From a virus (taxonomy: Duplodnaviria; Caudoviricetes), in IMG/VR virus record IMGVR_UViG_3300035502_000313, positions 32,001 to 96,000 of that record: a stretch of 64,000 nt of DNA, one strand, 5' to 3'. The translations under genes were made by a program, and so were the position numbers. The stretch's first letter is position 1, and each line of letters starts with the position of its first letter. Positions 17,986-28,498 of the stretch are shown here, one piece after another. The notes below the pieces were generated by a model. The model had not been told where the DNA came from, did no database searches, and saw only the letters and a list, made by a program, of their open reading frames with translations.

Positions 17986-20364
17986 TTAATTGCCTTTCTT
18001 GTATACTCTTACCACTTCTCCTCCCTTAATCATCTTAGTTCCAGTACTAATACTCGTTCCTGAAGGAATACTAGATACTGGTACTTCAATTATTTCTCCA
18101 GTAGGTGCAAGTGTCACGATAAGAGTGTCTGTCGGATTTACACCATAAATAGATGTAATATTGTCTGTCTTACCTAACTTGATTACATTGCTTCCAGCTT
18201 TACTACGTCCTTTCTGAACACAATCTGGAATAATCTTATTAATGTAACCATTCTTTGTAACAACGACAATGTCTTTGAATGATTTTGAGATTACTGACAT
18301 TCCTTCAACCTGAGTTGTCTTAGAAGACATTGAGATACATCCTCTAGAGTTTCTCTTAAGAATCGGAATATCATTAATATCAATACGTAATGCTTTCTTG
18401 TTTCCATATACAACAATCTCAGCATTATTGTTAAACAAAAGGATATCAATTATTCTATCATCACCATCAAGTTTACAGTATACAATACCGCTTGCAGGTA
18501 CAGATAGAAAATCGGTTGTAGTCATTCTCTTAACAAATCCATCCTTTGTAAGAGTTACAATAAATCCCTTGTTATATTGCTCCATAATTGGTTGATAAAT
18601 AACAGTAGTGATATTACTATTAATATACTTATTAATAAGTCTAATATCTATACCATTAGAGTTTTTATCAGCAAATGGAATCTTGTTAATTGGAATATCA
18701 AATACTTTACCAAACTCATCGAATAATAAAAGGTCTTTACTGTTATCACCATTAATAACAAACTTGACATTATCATTCTTAGGCTTAATGATATTATCAT
18801 CAATACCAATTTTCTTAATGAAGTTATTTTCTGTAAGAACAATCTTAAACATTCCAGCAGCAACTCCATTAACTTCTGATTCTGAAATCAGTTTACATTT
18901 TCTCGGTTCACCAAACTTAGCTTTAATATCTGTAAGTTCATCAATGATAATCTGTTCTATAGCACCATCTGTAAGAACAATATCACTACATTCTTTTACA
19001 TCTTTCTTAAGCTTTGCTTGTTCCTGTTTAAAGCCATTGTAATAACCCATTGATAACTTCTTCAATTCACAATTGATAAAGAACTTAGCTTGAATATCAG
19101 TAAGTTTACATTTCTTAATCAATGTTTCAATCAAAGCATTATCATCAATAGTCTTAGCCTTTTTGATGATATTAATAATATCTTCTGAGATACCTTTCTC
19201 CATAGCCATAACATACATCTCTACAACGTGTAGTCGAGTCATTAGCTTCTGAAGTCTATGCTCATAATATCTAAGCTTTGTCAACTTTCTAAAGTCAATC
19301 CATGCTTGTAGATATCCTCTATAAGATAATCTCTTTGCAGGATTATCTTTATCATTAATATCGAGTACTTTTAGATTTACTCTGGCTGTCTGCATCATAT
19401 TGGTATTTCTATATATCTCATTTCTGATATAGTTTGGATCTGTACCTGGCTTTAATACAATAACATATCTCATATTGTTAAGGTCAGACTGTTCCTCCAT
19501 ATCTACAATACCAATAATCTTGTTGGTTTTAATCATATCTTCGAGCTTATTGATAACAGTCTCAAGGAAAGTAAGATTAGGACAAGATTTAATTACAAGT
19601 GTCATACAATCTTTATACTTCTTCTCTACTCCCTTATAAGGTTCTATATCAATAACACCTCTTACCTTATAATTACCGAACCCTTTACTATTAATCTCAG
19701 ACCATTTAGTATCAACAATTTCACATGCTTGACAATGATCCGGAATTAATGTAAATCTAGCTTTAGGATTCTTTATAAGAGCTATTGTAACATCAATAAC
19801 TTCATTAATGTTATGACTAGGTACATCTACCTTATCACCAACACTAATACCTGTACACCCATTAATTAAAAGAAGTGGTACTTTACAAGGTAGAAAACTT
19901 GGTTCTTTTCTTGAGTTATCGTAATTAGGTTCCCAATCGACAATCTCTTTAGAAGATACCAGCTCATCGATGATACATTCTTGAGCAAATTTACTGAGTC
20001 TAACTTCAGTATATCTTGCTGCTGCAGGTACATTCTGATAAGTATTACCAAAATTTCCCTGCCCTTTAAACAATGGTACCTTTGTCTGATACCAGTTTAC
20101 TAATGTGTACAATGCACCTTGGATACTAGAATCACCATGAGGATGATAATGACCCATTGTGCTACCAATAATATCTGCTGATTTCCTATTTCTATCATCA
20201 GCCTTAGATATGAATTTAGCAGTATAAAGAATTCTTCTCTGTACTGGTTTCAATCCATCTCTAAATTCAGGTGTTGTTCTATGTCTTTCAACATACAACG
20301 CATATTCTTTGTAATCTTTCACGTACTGTTCGGATGCCTTTACAGACACTATGTTTTCTGGCAT
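17986..20364 (-). CDS. gyrA: type IIA topoisomerase subunit A (GyrA-like, with beta-pinwheel CTD)
   Basis: RDGLKPVQRRILY, YHPHGDSSI, GQGNFG, catalytic AARYTE, LLINGCTGISVG, repeated CTD blades (TKDGFVKR, TKNGYINK). Confidence 0.93.
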   Translation of the reverse strand: MPENIVSVKASEQYVKDYKEYALYVERHRTTPEFRDGLKPVQRRILYTAKFISKADDRNRKSADIIGSTMGHYHPHGDSSIQGALYTLVNWYQTKVPLFKGQGNFGNTYQNVPAAARYTEVRLSKFAQECIIDELVSSKEIVDWEPNYDNSRKEPSFLPCKVPLLLINGCTGISVGDKVDVPSHNINEVIDVTIALIKNPKARFTLIPDHCQACEIVDTKWSEINSKGFGNYKVRGVIDIEPYKGVEKKYKDCMTLVIKSCPNLTFLETVINKLEDMIKTNKIIGIVDMEEQSDLNNMRYVIVLKPGTDPNYIRNEIYRNTNMMQTARVNLKVLDINDKDNPAKRLSYRGYLQAWIDFRKLTKLRYYEHRLQKLMTRLHVVEMYVMAMEKGISEDIINIIKKAKTIDDNALIETLIKKCKLTDIQAKFFINCELKKLSMGYYNGFKQEQAKLKKDVKECSDIVLTDGAIEQIIIDELTDIKAKFGEPRKCKLISESEVNGVAAGMFKIVLTENNFIKKIGIDDNIIKPKNDNVKFVINGDNSKDLLLFDEFGKVFDIPINKIPFADKNSNGIDIRLINKYINSNITTVIYQPIMEQYNKGFIVTLTKDGFVKRMTTTDFLSVPASGIVYCKLDGDDRIIDILLFNNNAEIVVYGNKKALRIDINDIPILKRNSRGCISMSSKTTQVEGMSVISKSFKDIVVVTKNGYINKIIPDCVQKGRSKAGSNVIKLGKTDNITSIYGVNPTDTLIVTLAPTGEIIEVPVSSIPSGTSISTGTKMIKGGEVVRVYKKGN

Positions 20365-20496
20365 AATAATACCTCCAAAATTTTATTTTACTAAGCTGTT
20401 AGTATAACTGCTTATTCTTAATAATAATATATAGACATATCAAAATTTCCTCTCTACGAGACTTAGCCCGTAGAGAGGTAAACATGATTATCGATC

Positions 20497-21009
20497 TTAT
20501 TCAGTAACTTCGACTTCTTCAGTAGCTGCCTCTGTTTCTTCTTCTGCCTTATCAAGCATAGCCTTCTCAACATCATCATAGTTGTTCTGAACTGACTTAC
20601 CCTTAACAATGCAGAATGAAGAAATATATGTAATTTCTCCAGACTCATAGTCCTTCTTACAACGAATGCTCATAACATGTCCATCAGTGAACTTGCTAGC
20701 AAGAGATTCCTGAACAGATACTGTAAAAGTATTATCGTTATTGAACTTGTCAATAGAACCAAATACAGCTGTACCCTTAAGCTGACTGTTATCAAACAGT
20801 TCTGACTTTAGCATGTATACAGGAACTGAAACCTTATCAAAGGAAATTGAACAAAGAAGATTATAAAGGGAATCAAGACCTGATGCATAAAAATCAGAAT
20901 CTGCAATGCTAACCTTAATCTTTGTGTACTTAGGCTTAACAGGCTTTCTGTTATTCTTGTTGAACTTTGTCTTAGAACCGTCGTTACTCTTGTTATTGAA
21001 CTTACTCAT
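20497..21009 (-). CDS. hypothetical protein (basic N-terminus, acidic C-terminus)
   Basis: RBS AAGGAG; promoter AACT-N6-TA at 21073-21084; hairpin at 20447-20479. Confidence 0.75.
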   Translation of the reverse strand: MSKFNNKSNDGSKTKFNKNNRKPVKPKYTKIKVSIADSDFYASGLDSLYNLLCSISFDKVSVPVYMLKSELFDNSQLKGTAVFGSIDKFNNDNTFTVSVQESLASKFTDGHVMSIRCKKDYESGEITYISSFCIVKGKSVQNNYDDVEKAMLDKAEEETEAATEEVEVTE

Positions 21010-21144
21010 GATATTACTCCTTTAAATATAAAAATATTAGATTTATTGGACTGTTCAGATTCCATAAACCTTTACATATAAGTTAGCCTTGTTGTAAAAA
21101 ATAACGGGTTGTCAAGCAACCCGTTGCGATGTTTAATTCCTATG

Positions 21145-23442
21145 TTAATCCTTGAGAAGAAGATCTTTATTAGAATTGATATATCTCATCTCATCAAGTT
21201 CTCTATCAATAGATTCGATATCGTATCTAACAAGTGTTCTATCTCCATCGGGTCTTAACGTAGACAAGCCAAGCATATCAGGATTCATTTCACCAAGACC
21301 TTTAAATCTGGTAAGCTTTGGTGGTTTGAATTCTTCGAAAGTATTCATAATAGTATATAGAGATACTAGTACATCATTTAGATAATACTCATGTTTAGAA
21401 GCATCGATATACTTCATTACACCAGCACATTCTGATATAAGCATACTATTTATAAATGCTTTATGATATTTCTCATTTGCAATACCATCAAGAATGATTG
21501 TATCTGCAGACTTATCTATCTTAAGGAATCTATATTTCTTTTGAAGTGTTGTTTTAAACTTAGCAAACGGAAGTTTTCTATTCACCAAGATATCTTCAAG
21601 TAGATATGGATCAATTGCATGATTTGCTGATATCTTCTGAATCTCAGTTACATAATCACTATTATTATATAACAACTTTGTAACTTCACTTGTTGTAAGT
21701 TTTGTTCCCTTATCAGATTTGATTACAAAGTTCTTACAGAATTCTTTCTGTACATACTTAATGAAATCCAGATTAGTTCCAAAGTATTTATATCCCTTTC
21801 CTTGTGGAATAGCATACAATGGTGGTAATGCTGCATACAATCTACCAGCTTCTACCAATGGAGCACAATACATCATAAAGAATCTCAACCAAAGAGTTCT
21901 GATATGAGCACCATCAGGATCTGCATCTGCCATGATAATTACTTTATCTACTTTACATTTAGCAAGATTGAAGCTTTTACCATAACCGGCATCCATAATA
22001 TGAAGAACACCTGATAGTTCTTCATTCTTTAAAACTTCCGCTTTTGACTTCTCGAATACATTTGGAATCTTACCTCTCGATGGGAAAATACCCTGATGTG
22101 ATTGATCCCTAACGTTTCTAGCAGCACCGAAAGCAGAGTCACCCTCAACAATTATGAGTTCGGTTCCGTGTCGACTATTTGGCTTCAAATACTTCTGAGG
22201 AAGCCCAGATAACGACGACGCTTCGAACATCGCAGACAGTTTAACTTTGTCTTTATCTTGTTTACATCTCAATTCTATTACTTCTTTAAAATACTTACAC
22301 AGTTTTTGAAGTTCTGCAGAATGAGTTTTAGACCATTCAGTTAAACCAGCAATAATTGTCTGAGAGACAAATGGTTTCATATCATCATTTGATAATATCT
22401 CTTTTGCTTGTCCATTATATAATGCTGTAAGATGGAATGTGTTTACTGCAAGTTTCAATCCTTGACGAATATCATTACTTGTACAAGTAAGCTTTGTCTT
22501 TGACTTAGAATTAGAAAGATATATCTTATTCATATAGTCTCTGAAATACTTAGTAATTCCATCTATAGCACCATCAACATGCTTACCACCATCGGTAGGA
22601 CAAGTATTATTAAGAGAGATAATTTGCTCGTCAGACCCAGTATCATAAGTAAATGCTACTTCCATCTTACGAGTACCATCATCATTTGTGATTACTATAG
22701 GTTCGATGAATGGTGTCTGAGTCATATTGATAAGATGAGCAATAATACCATCCCTATTATCAATAGATTCAATATGCTGTTTACCACCAGCATCAATACC
22801 AGTAAATTCTACATGAGTTCCAATAGGTGTAGATGGAACAATCAATGCTATTAAATCATATACATCTTTCCATGTTGATGTTACTGGACCTATTACAGTT
22901 TCATTAGGAATAAATGAAATAACTGTACCTTGTTTATCACCACACTTAATATCTACTTCACCTTTCTTCCAAAGATGACCTTCGATAAACTCAGCATGTT
23001 TAGCTTTTCCTAATACATAACTATCTACAGTAAATTTACTTGATAGTGCATTAGTAGTAGAACCACCACAACCATTCTTACCAGCAGAATACTTATAAGG
23101 TTCTTTAACATAGTTTGAAGAAGTATGACTAGTACCAAATATAATACCAATCTTACCGTGTGGAATACCTCTTCCGTTATCACTAACGATTACTTGATGA
23201 GTTCTTTCATCATATGTGATATATACATCCGGTGAAAATGCATTACCTTTTAAAATCTCATCAATTGAGTTCTGAAAAATTTCTCTAACCATTGTCAAGA
23301 AGGCAGCATTTTCATATACTTTACCGATATAAACGTCTGGTGTCTGACGTACTTGCTCTACAAAATCTGAGATTTGTTTTATTTCATCACCATAGTTTTT
23401 AACTCTATCCTCTAATGTAGAAGATGAATTAGTTTTCTTCAT
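21145..23442 (-). CDS. gyrB: type IIA topoisomerase subunit B (GyrB-like)
   Basis: EIFQNSIDE, DNGRGIP, TOPRIM VEGDSA, PSRGKIPN, IMADADPDGAHI, RFKGLGEM. Confidence 0.93.
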   Translation of the reverse strand: MKKTNSSSTLEDRVKNYGDEIKQISDFVEQVRQTPDVYIGKVYENAAFLTMVREIFQNSIDEILKGNAFSPDVYITYDERTHQVIVSDNGRGIPHGKIGIIFGTSHTSSNYVKEPYKYSAGKNGCGGSTTNALSSKFTVDSYVLGKAKHAEFIEGHLWKKGEVDIKCGDKQGTVISFIPNETVIGPVTSTWKDVYDLIALIVPSTPIGTHVEFTGIDAGGKQHIESIDNRDGIIAHLINMTQTPFIEPIVITNDDGTRKMEVAFTYDTGSDEQIISLNNTCPTDGGKHVDGAIDGITKYFRDYMNKIYLSNSKSKTKLTCTSNDIRQGLKLAVNTFHLTALYNGQAKEILSNDDMKPFVSQTIIAGLTEWSKTHSAELQKLCKYFKEVIELRCKQDKDKVKLSAMFEASSLSGLPQKYLKPNSRHGTELIIVEGDSAFGAARNVRDQSHQGIFPSRGKIPNVFEKSKAEVLKNEELSGVLHIMDAGYGKSFNLAKCKVDKVIIMADADPDGAHIRTLWLRFFMMYCAPLVEAGRLYAALPPLYAIPQGKGYKYFGTNLDFIKYVQKEFCKNFVIKSDKGTKLTTSEVTKLLYNNSDYVTEIQKISANHAIDPYLLEDILVNRKLPFAKFKTTLQKKYRFLKIDKSADTIILDGIANEKYHKAFINSMLISECAGVMKYIDASKHEYYLNDVLVSLYTIMNTFEEFKPPKLTRFKGLGEMNPDMLGLSTLRPDGDRTLVRYDIESIDRELDEMRYINSNKDLLLKD

Positions 23443-23561
23443 TGTTATTTTACCTCCTTGTATTTGCAAAAAAGAGATATTCTTTTGAATACCTCTTTTC
23501 GTAAATAATGTACACTCTACAAAAGTAGAGTGTACACATTTACTTTTAACTTCTTATGTCA

Positions 23562-24554
23562 TTAGATTGTTACTGTTCCACTAGTAGGTGTTGTAGCAGT
23601 AGGTGCTGCACCACCCATAGCAGGGTTAGGAGTACCCTGAGTAACAGCAGTTCCAGGGAACGGAATACTGTTAAGGTTCGGAGTATTACCTGTAGGAGCT
23701 GCCTGAGGTGCACCACCCTGGGTAAACGGATTTGTGTTAACTCCATTACCCATCATAGTACCACCCATTGGAGTAACAGGGTTGCCATATACACCACCAG
23801 GTGTACCAAAAGCATTACCCATGTTATTAGCAGCCTGAACCATCTGCTGCTGTGCCTGCTGAGCACCCATAGCTGCAGCCTGCTGAAGCATCTGCTGCAT
23901 CTGAGGGTTAACAGCGTTCATACCATTGTTATACATAGCTCCCATGCCGTTTTCATTTACGACATAGTTCGGTACAGCACCAATGGCACCATTGAACATG
24001 TTATTACCCCAAGTGCCATTGTATCCCTGCTGTGCCATCATATTCTGCATCTGGTTGCAGAGATTGCTATAGTTTTTCTGTCCGTTTGCATATGCAACAG
24101 GTAAGAGCTTCTTTACGATACCCCATGCCTGAAGCAGCTGCTTTAACACATCGCCAGGATCTGTGGTGTCCATGACAGCACAGGTCTTAACAAAATTGTC
24201 TGTGCCATCAAGATATGCATTCAGAACTTCTACCGGCTGAACGATAATGTTAAATTCTTCACCGGTATATTTTATTCTTACACGCTCCGTTGTAGGATCT
24301 ACAATCTCGATTGCGAGGTTCTGACCCTCACGAAGATCCCATCCGAACTTGGCTAATTCTTCATCTGATACACAGAAATCGTTCTTTTTCTGTGACTTGA
24401 TGATTGCCATTTCTTCTGGTGTAGATGTGGAAGTTTTTGCTGGAGCTACATTGTTATATGAAACTCCATTATTCTGTGGGAACATTCCTGTTGTTCCTCC
24501 CATGAAAGAATTGTTTGCAGGATTTCCCTGCTGCTGAAAAATAGTATTAAACAT
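23562..24554 (-). CDS. protein with Q/N/M/G/P-rich low-complexity termini
   Basis: 330-aa ORF with RBS GAGGAGG and an early-type promoter; folded-looking core flanked by low-complexity regions. Confidence 0.8.
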   Translation of the reverse strand: MFNTIFQQQGNPANNSFMGGTTGMFPQNNGVSYNNVAPAKTSTSTPEEMAIIKSQKKNDFCVSDEELAKFGWDLREGQNLAIEIVDPTTERVRIKYTGEEFNIIVQPVEVLNAYLDGTDNFVKTCAVMDTTDPGDVLKQLLQAWGIVKKLLPVAYANGQKNYSNLCNQMQNMMAQQGYNGTWGNNMFNGAIGAVPNYVVNENGMGAMYNNGMNAVNPQMQQMLQQAAAMGAQQAQQQMVQAANNMGNAFGTPGGVYGNPVTPMGGTMMGNGVNTNPFTQGGAPQAAPTGNTPNLNSIPFPGTAVTQGTPNPAMGGAAPTATTPTSGTVTI

Positions 24555-24660
24555 ACATTTTCCTCCTCTTTAAAATTTATTTATTCGATAGAGATTTTAC
24601 TCTCTAATCATCTTAATGATATACAACCATTTACTTTTTTGTTATAGTAGTTGTAAATGA

Positions 24661-25140
24661 TTATAAAAACTTAGTGGCATTTTTATCAACGATTTCGTCA
24701 TCGGCGGTAATACCACGTTTGTCTGTTGTAGGACTAGTCTGACCCATGAAATAAGTTCTATCATCAAATAGGTCAGTCATGTCTTTGAAATAACGTTTTC
24801 TTGTTTCTTCATTAGTCAGTCCCTTAGATACCTTATCCTTGAAGAATTCATCAAGACAATATCTATCAACTGCACAGCCAATAAACGTTATATCTTCATA
24901 TGCGATTGTTATAATACTCATAGGATATAATCTTGAATCTAGTGTTTGAGTATGCACTGTATTCGGCATTACGATGTACAAAACCTCATTACCATCATCC
25001 CATAAGAAGCAACAATCAGCTTCGCTCCAACTATAATTAGTTGTAGGACCCATAACCCTCAAAGGAAGTGATACACCACGTTCTTTTCCTGGAAGGTTAT
25101 GGAGTTCCTTTCTAATTTTTATAACAGTATCTTTTGTCAT
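24661..25140 (-). CDS. hypothetical protein
   Basis: RBS AGGAGG; AACT-N6-TA at 25163-25174. Confidence 0.75.
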   Translation of the reverse strand: MTKDTVIKIRKELHNLPGKERGVSLPLRVMGPTTNYSWSEADCCFLWDDGNEVLYIVMPNTVHTQTLDSRLYPMSIITIAYEDITFIGCAVDRYCLDEFFKDKVSKGLTNEETRKRYFKDMTDLFDDRTYFMGQTSPTTDKRGITADDEIVDKNATKFL

Positions 25141-25188
25141 AAAATCAACCTCCTTTTTAATTTATAAGAAAGTTGAGTTATTTATGAT

Positions 25189-25731
25189 TTAGATAAATCT
25201 GCTATTAGGGTTACCCCATCTATTGTTGGATTTATACACTAATCTACAGAGATTATCCATAAATGTGAAATCACTGAAGTTAGAGTTTATAAATCCTGTC
25301 AAGAGACTATATGCATTATAATAATAAGCATAAGTTTCATCAATGAAATGCATCGCAGGAATATTATTAAGCTCTTCCTGAATCTTTGCAATTTCAGTCT
25401 GACGATACTGTTCTGCAATTGAATTTACAGAATTCAGTCTCTGTTCTTTCCACTGTTGTACAATAGTATACAGTGGCAAGATATTTGTGATTTTAGTACC
25501 ATAGTAATTGTACAAAGCTGTTACAATTGAATAACTACAAAGGTCTCTAAAATCTGCGTTTGTCTGGATATCAGTAGCACCGATATTACCAAAGTAAAGG
25601 TCTTTTACAACCCTTTCGATATCCTTATTCAAGACATCTGGATGAATTCTTGCTGTCCAATCTGGACCGAGAGATTGTCTCTGGGTTGAGATCCATGACT
25701 TTCTCTCTTTGAATTGATTGTTTCCTGCCAT
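25189..25731 (-). CDS. hypothetical protein
   Basis: 180-aa ORF coupled to the upstream gene. Confidence 0.75.
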   Translation of the reverse strand: MAGNNQFKERKSWISTQRQSLGPDWTARIHPDVLNKDIERVVKDLYFGNIGATDIQTNADFRDLCSYSIVTALYNYYGTKITNILPLYTIVQQWKEQRLNSVNSIAEQYRQTEIAKIQEELNNIPAMHFIDETYAYYYNAYSLLTGFINSNFSDFTFMDNLCRLVYKSNNRWGNPNSRFI

Positions 25732-25732
25732 T

Positions 25733-26233
25733 TTAGTCTATCTCCTCTCTGAGTAATGTACCACAATAATTTCCGTTGCCTGTAGTAGTTACATTACTTT
25801 TAATTTCTTCTTCATCATTGAATCCTTTAAGATACTGATTAAGAATACTTTCATCAATTGCTTCATCAGGATATGCTTTATTGCATAATACGATGAATCT
25901 ATAAAGGGATACTGCACTCGATGCATCAACCCCTTCAACCATAACTAATGAATTTCTAATGTCAACTGCAAGTTCTGCATCTTCATTAAGATATTCTTTG
26001 ATTCTGGCAAAGCAATTATATCTTCCTGATACAATTATAGCTTCACCAGAGATTTCTACATCATCTTCAGCAAGCTGACTTAAAAGAATTCTTAAGTAGC
26101 TTCTGAAGATTACACAATAAGTTTTTTCTTCCGGATGCTTTTCTCCGGACTTGAGAACACCTTTGTTTTTAATGATGTTCATTTTCTGTTCTTCGGTCAA
26201 GTTATCTGCGACCTGTGTGAATAATTCTGACAT
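25733..26233 (-). CDS. hypothetical protein
   Basis: RBS AGGAGG; early-type promoter at ~26289-26298. Confidence 0.75.
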   Translation of the reverse strand: MSELFTQVADNLTEEQKMNIIKNKGVLKSGEKHPEEKTYCVIFRSYLRILLSQLAEDDVEISGEAIIVSGRYNCFARIKEYLNEDAELAVDIRNSLVMVEGVDASSAVSLYRFIVLCNKAYPDEAIDESILNQYLKGFNDEEEIKSNVTTTGNGNYCGTLLREEID

Positions 26234-26310
26234 AGAATTACCTCCTATAAATTATTTTATTCTGATTACTCGTTTGTAATCATCATAATAATATATACCT
26301 AATCACTCTT

Positions 26311-27525
26311 TTACCAATATTTCTTAGGTCTTTTCTTAACGTATATACAATGCTGTCTAAATCTTGTAATTCCAACGTAGTGTAAGTTACGATTTATATT
26401 ACGATTCAGGAATTCTTCAAAGTATATACCTTTATTAAACTCAGAACCTTGACTCATATGTGTTGTAATAGCATATCCGTATTCAAACTTATTGCCTTTA
26501 GAATTATGTGTTTCTAGTATTGCATCTCTTACTTTCTTCTCCGATACCATATAATAGTAATCTACATCAATATCTTGGAAAAAAGAATCTGTTATGTCTG
26601 GTTTGAAACACATCTTAAAAGTCTTGTCTTCTGTATTAAAAGAAGTAGGATCAATTATTGATACACAACTTCCTACAAGACCATTAGTAAGATTAATACC
26701 ACCAGATTCTACATTCCAATTATTCTTTCTACAAACGACACGTTCTCCTAAATTTGGAGTAGCATTCTTAAATCCAAACATGTCTCTTCTAACATGATTA
26801 TTTATAGTGTCTCTTGTAGCATTTTTACCACAGATAACTATATCAGAGTTGGCTATCATATTATCAGTTAATTCATCCTCATATATTACTGAAACATTCT
26901 TAAAGCTTCCATGAGGTATAGGAACTCCCTTAATAAGCATCTGAGAGAATTGAATTATTGTATTATCTCCTGCTTGTCTCATTATCTCTGTAAGCTTATG
27001 AACTTTAGCAGGATTATTAAGATAACCTGATTTTCCTGCAACCGGTGGTAACTGGTCTATATCACCTGCTGCTATAACAGGTATTCCCATACTATCTATA
27101 ACCTCACGCATTTGTTGAGGAACCATACCTGCTTCATCTACTATTATAAGATCTATATCAGGAAGATATGTTTTAGGAATAAATATCATTCTATACTTAG
27201 GTTTATTGAATACTTTATCGTATACTTGCTCACCTTTCTCATTAAGCAATGGTACTTCTTTAAAGTCATATAACCAAGAAAAAATAGTGCGAGCAGTAAG
27301 CATTCCTTTTGTTCTCATATTAATAGCAGCGGAGCCTGTATAAGCCATCGGAGCTATTCTTGTAGGACTGATATTTAATGCACGTACTATCTTATCAATT
27401 AAAAAAGATTTACCAGATCCAGGAGGACCGGAAATCTCAAAAGTTTGTTCGGTACCACGACGCCACCATGTGATGGCGTCATTAAATACCTGCTGTTGTG
27501 AATTATTTAGAGATACGTTTTCCAT
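26311..27525 (-). CDS. SF1B helicase (Dda/RecD-like)
   Basis: GPPGSGKS, AYTGSAA, IVDEAGMV, GDIDQLPPV, LTEIMRQ, YAITTHMSQGSEF, YVGITR. Confidence 0.9.
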   Translation of the reverse strand: MENVSLNNSQQQVFNDAITWWRRGTEQTFEISGPPGSGKSFLIDKIVRALNISPTRIAPMAYTGSAAINMRTKGMLTARTIFSWLYDFKEVPLLNEKGEQVYDKVFNKPKYRMIFIPKTYLPDIDLIIVDEAGMVPQQMREVIDSMGIPVIAAGDIDQLPPVAGKSGYLNNPAKVHKLTEIMRQAGDNTIIQFSQMLIKGVPIPHGSFKNVSVIYEDELTDNMIANSDIVICGKNATRDTINNHVRRDMFGFKNATPNLGERVVCRKNNWNVESGGINLTNGLVGSCVSIIDPTSFNTEDKTFKMCFKPDITDSFFQDIDVDYYYMVSEKKVRDAILETHNSKGNKFEYGYAITTHMSQGSEFNKGIYFEEFLNRNINRNLHYVGITRFRQHCIYVKKRPKKYW

Positions 27526-28048
27526 TTTTCTTAGCCTCTTCTTTCTCCTTTTGCTGAATCAATCGTTCTATATTAATCTGTGTATCAATATTTCTAAATA
27601 CACTAGGATCGATAGTATTCATATTCTCCATATTATAGATAAGATTAATCCAACAAACAGATTCGTTTGTAAATGGTTGGGATATAAAATCCCCTGCATT
27701 CGTTCTGCACATAGCGTACAAATAATCTTGATTATTTAAGTACTTTGAAATGAAGAACGACACTATCTCGAAATAGGGGTTCTCTATCTGTCTAATAACA
27801 GCATAACGGTTAAACAGATAATAAGCAATTTTTCTATTTGAAAACGGCTCGTAGTTAATAGAGTATCTATCCGGTACTCCATTCATATTAATTTTAGGAT
27901 AATTGATAGACTTGTTATCGATATGAATCGGCATACCATTCTCTACGAATATACCGTTGCTTATATCGATTTCAAGCATACAGATCAAATCATACTCAAT
28001 CTGATCCATAATATTTTTGATTTCATTTACATCATATCCAATGTCCAT
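27503..28048 (-). CDS. hypothetical protein
   Basis: 181-aa ORF with RBS AAGGAG. Confidence 0.75.
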   Translation of the reverse strand: MDIGYDVNEIKNIMDQIEYDLICMLEIDISNGIFVENGMPIHIDNKSINYPKINMNGVPDRYSINYEPFSNRKIAYYLFNRYAVIRQIENPYFEIVSFFISKYLNNQDYLYAMCRTNAGDFISQPFTNESVCWINLIYNMENMNTIDPSVFRNIDTQINIERLIQQKEKEEAKKNGKRISK

Positions 28049-28135
28049 TTTTAAAATCTCCTTTAAATTAGAATTTACGTTAGAGCTTACTCATCTCAAC
28101 ACTTTTATAATATATAAATCGAGGGAGGTTTGCAT

Positions 28136-28498
28136 ATGAAAGATTACTCTAACTATAATTTTGTTCATGAGGCTATATTGTATGAGACTGTGAATAAATA
28201 CGAAGAACAGGGTATCAAACATCCTTTCTATATTAAAGCATTAGTACCATTAGAGACAGAATCAGGAAGAACAATAAATATAGATAAATCTAATATCTAT
28301 AACAAAGATCTAAGCTGGTTATCTACATATACTATGACTAGTGAAATAACGATAGACCTATATCTGCCTAAATATCTTATGATGGACTATCCTAGTAAAT
28401 ATATACCGAAAGGAACTAAATTCCTTGTTGCTTTTGTTGGAGGAAACTTAAATAACTGTCAAATCATAGGGAGGTGTTACGATGAGTACGAAGACTAA
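28136..28498 (+). CDS. baseplate hub/spike OB-fold-like protein
   Basis: C-terminal IPKGTKFLVAFVGGNLNNCQIIG resembles the gp5/VgrG/gpV OB motif P..G..V.V.F..Gd...p.i.G; late promoter at 28098-28109. Confidence 0.55.
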   Translation: MKDYSNYNFVHEAILYETVNKYEEQGIKHPFYIKALVPLETESGRTINIDKSNIYNKDLSWLSTYTMTSEITIDLYLPKYLMMDYPSKYIPKGTKFLVAFVGGNLNNCQIIGRCYDEYED

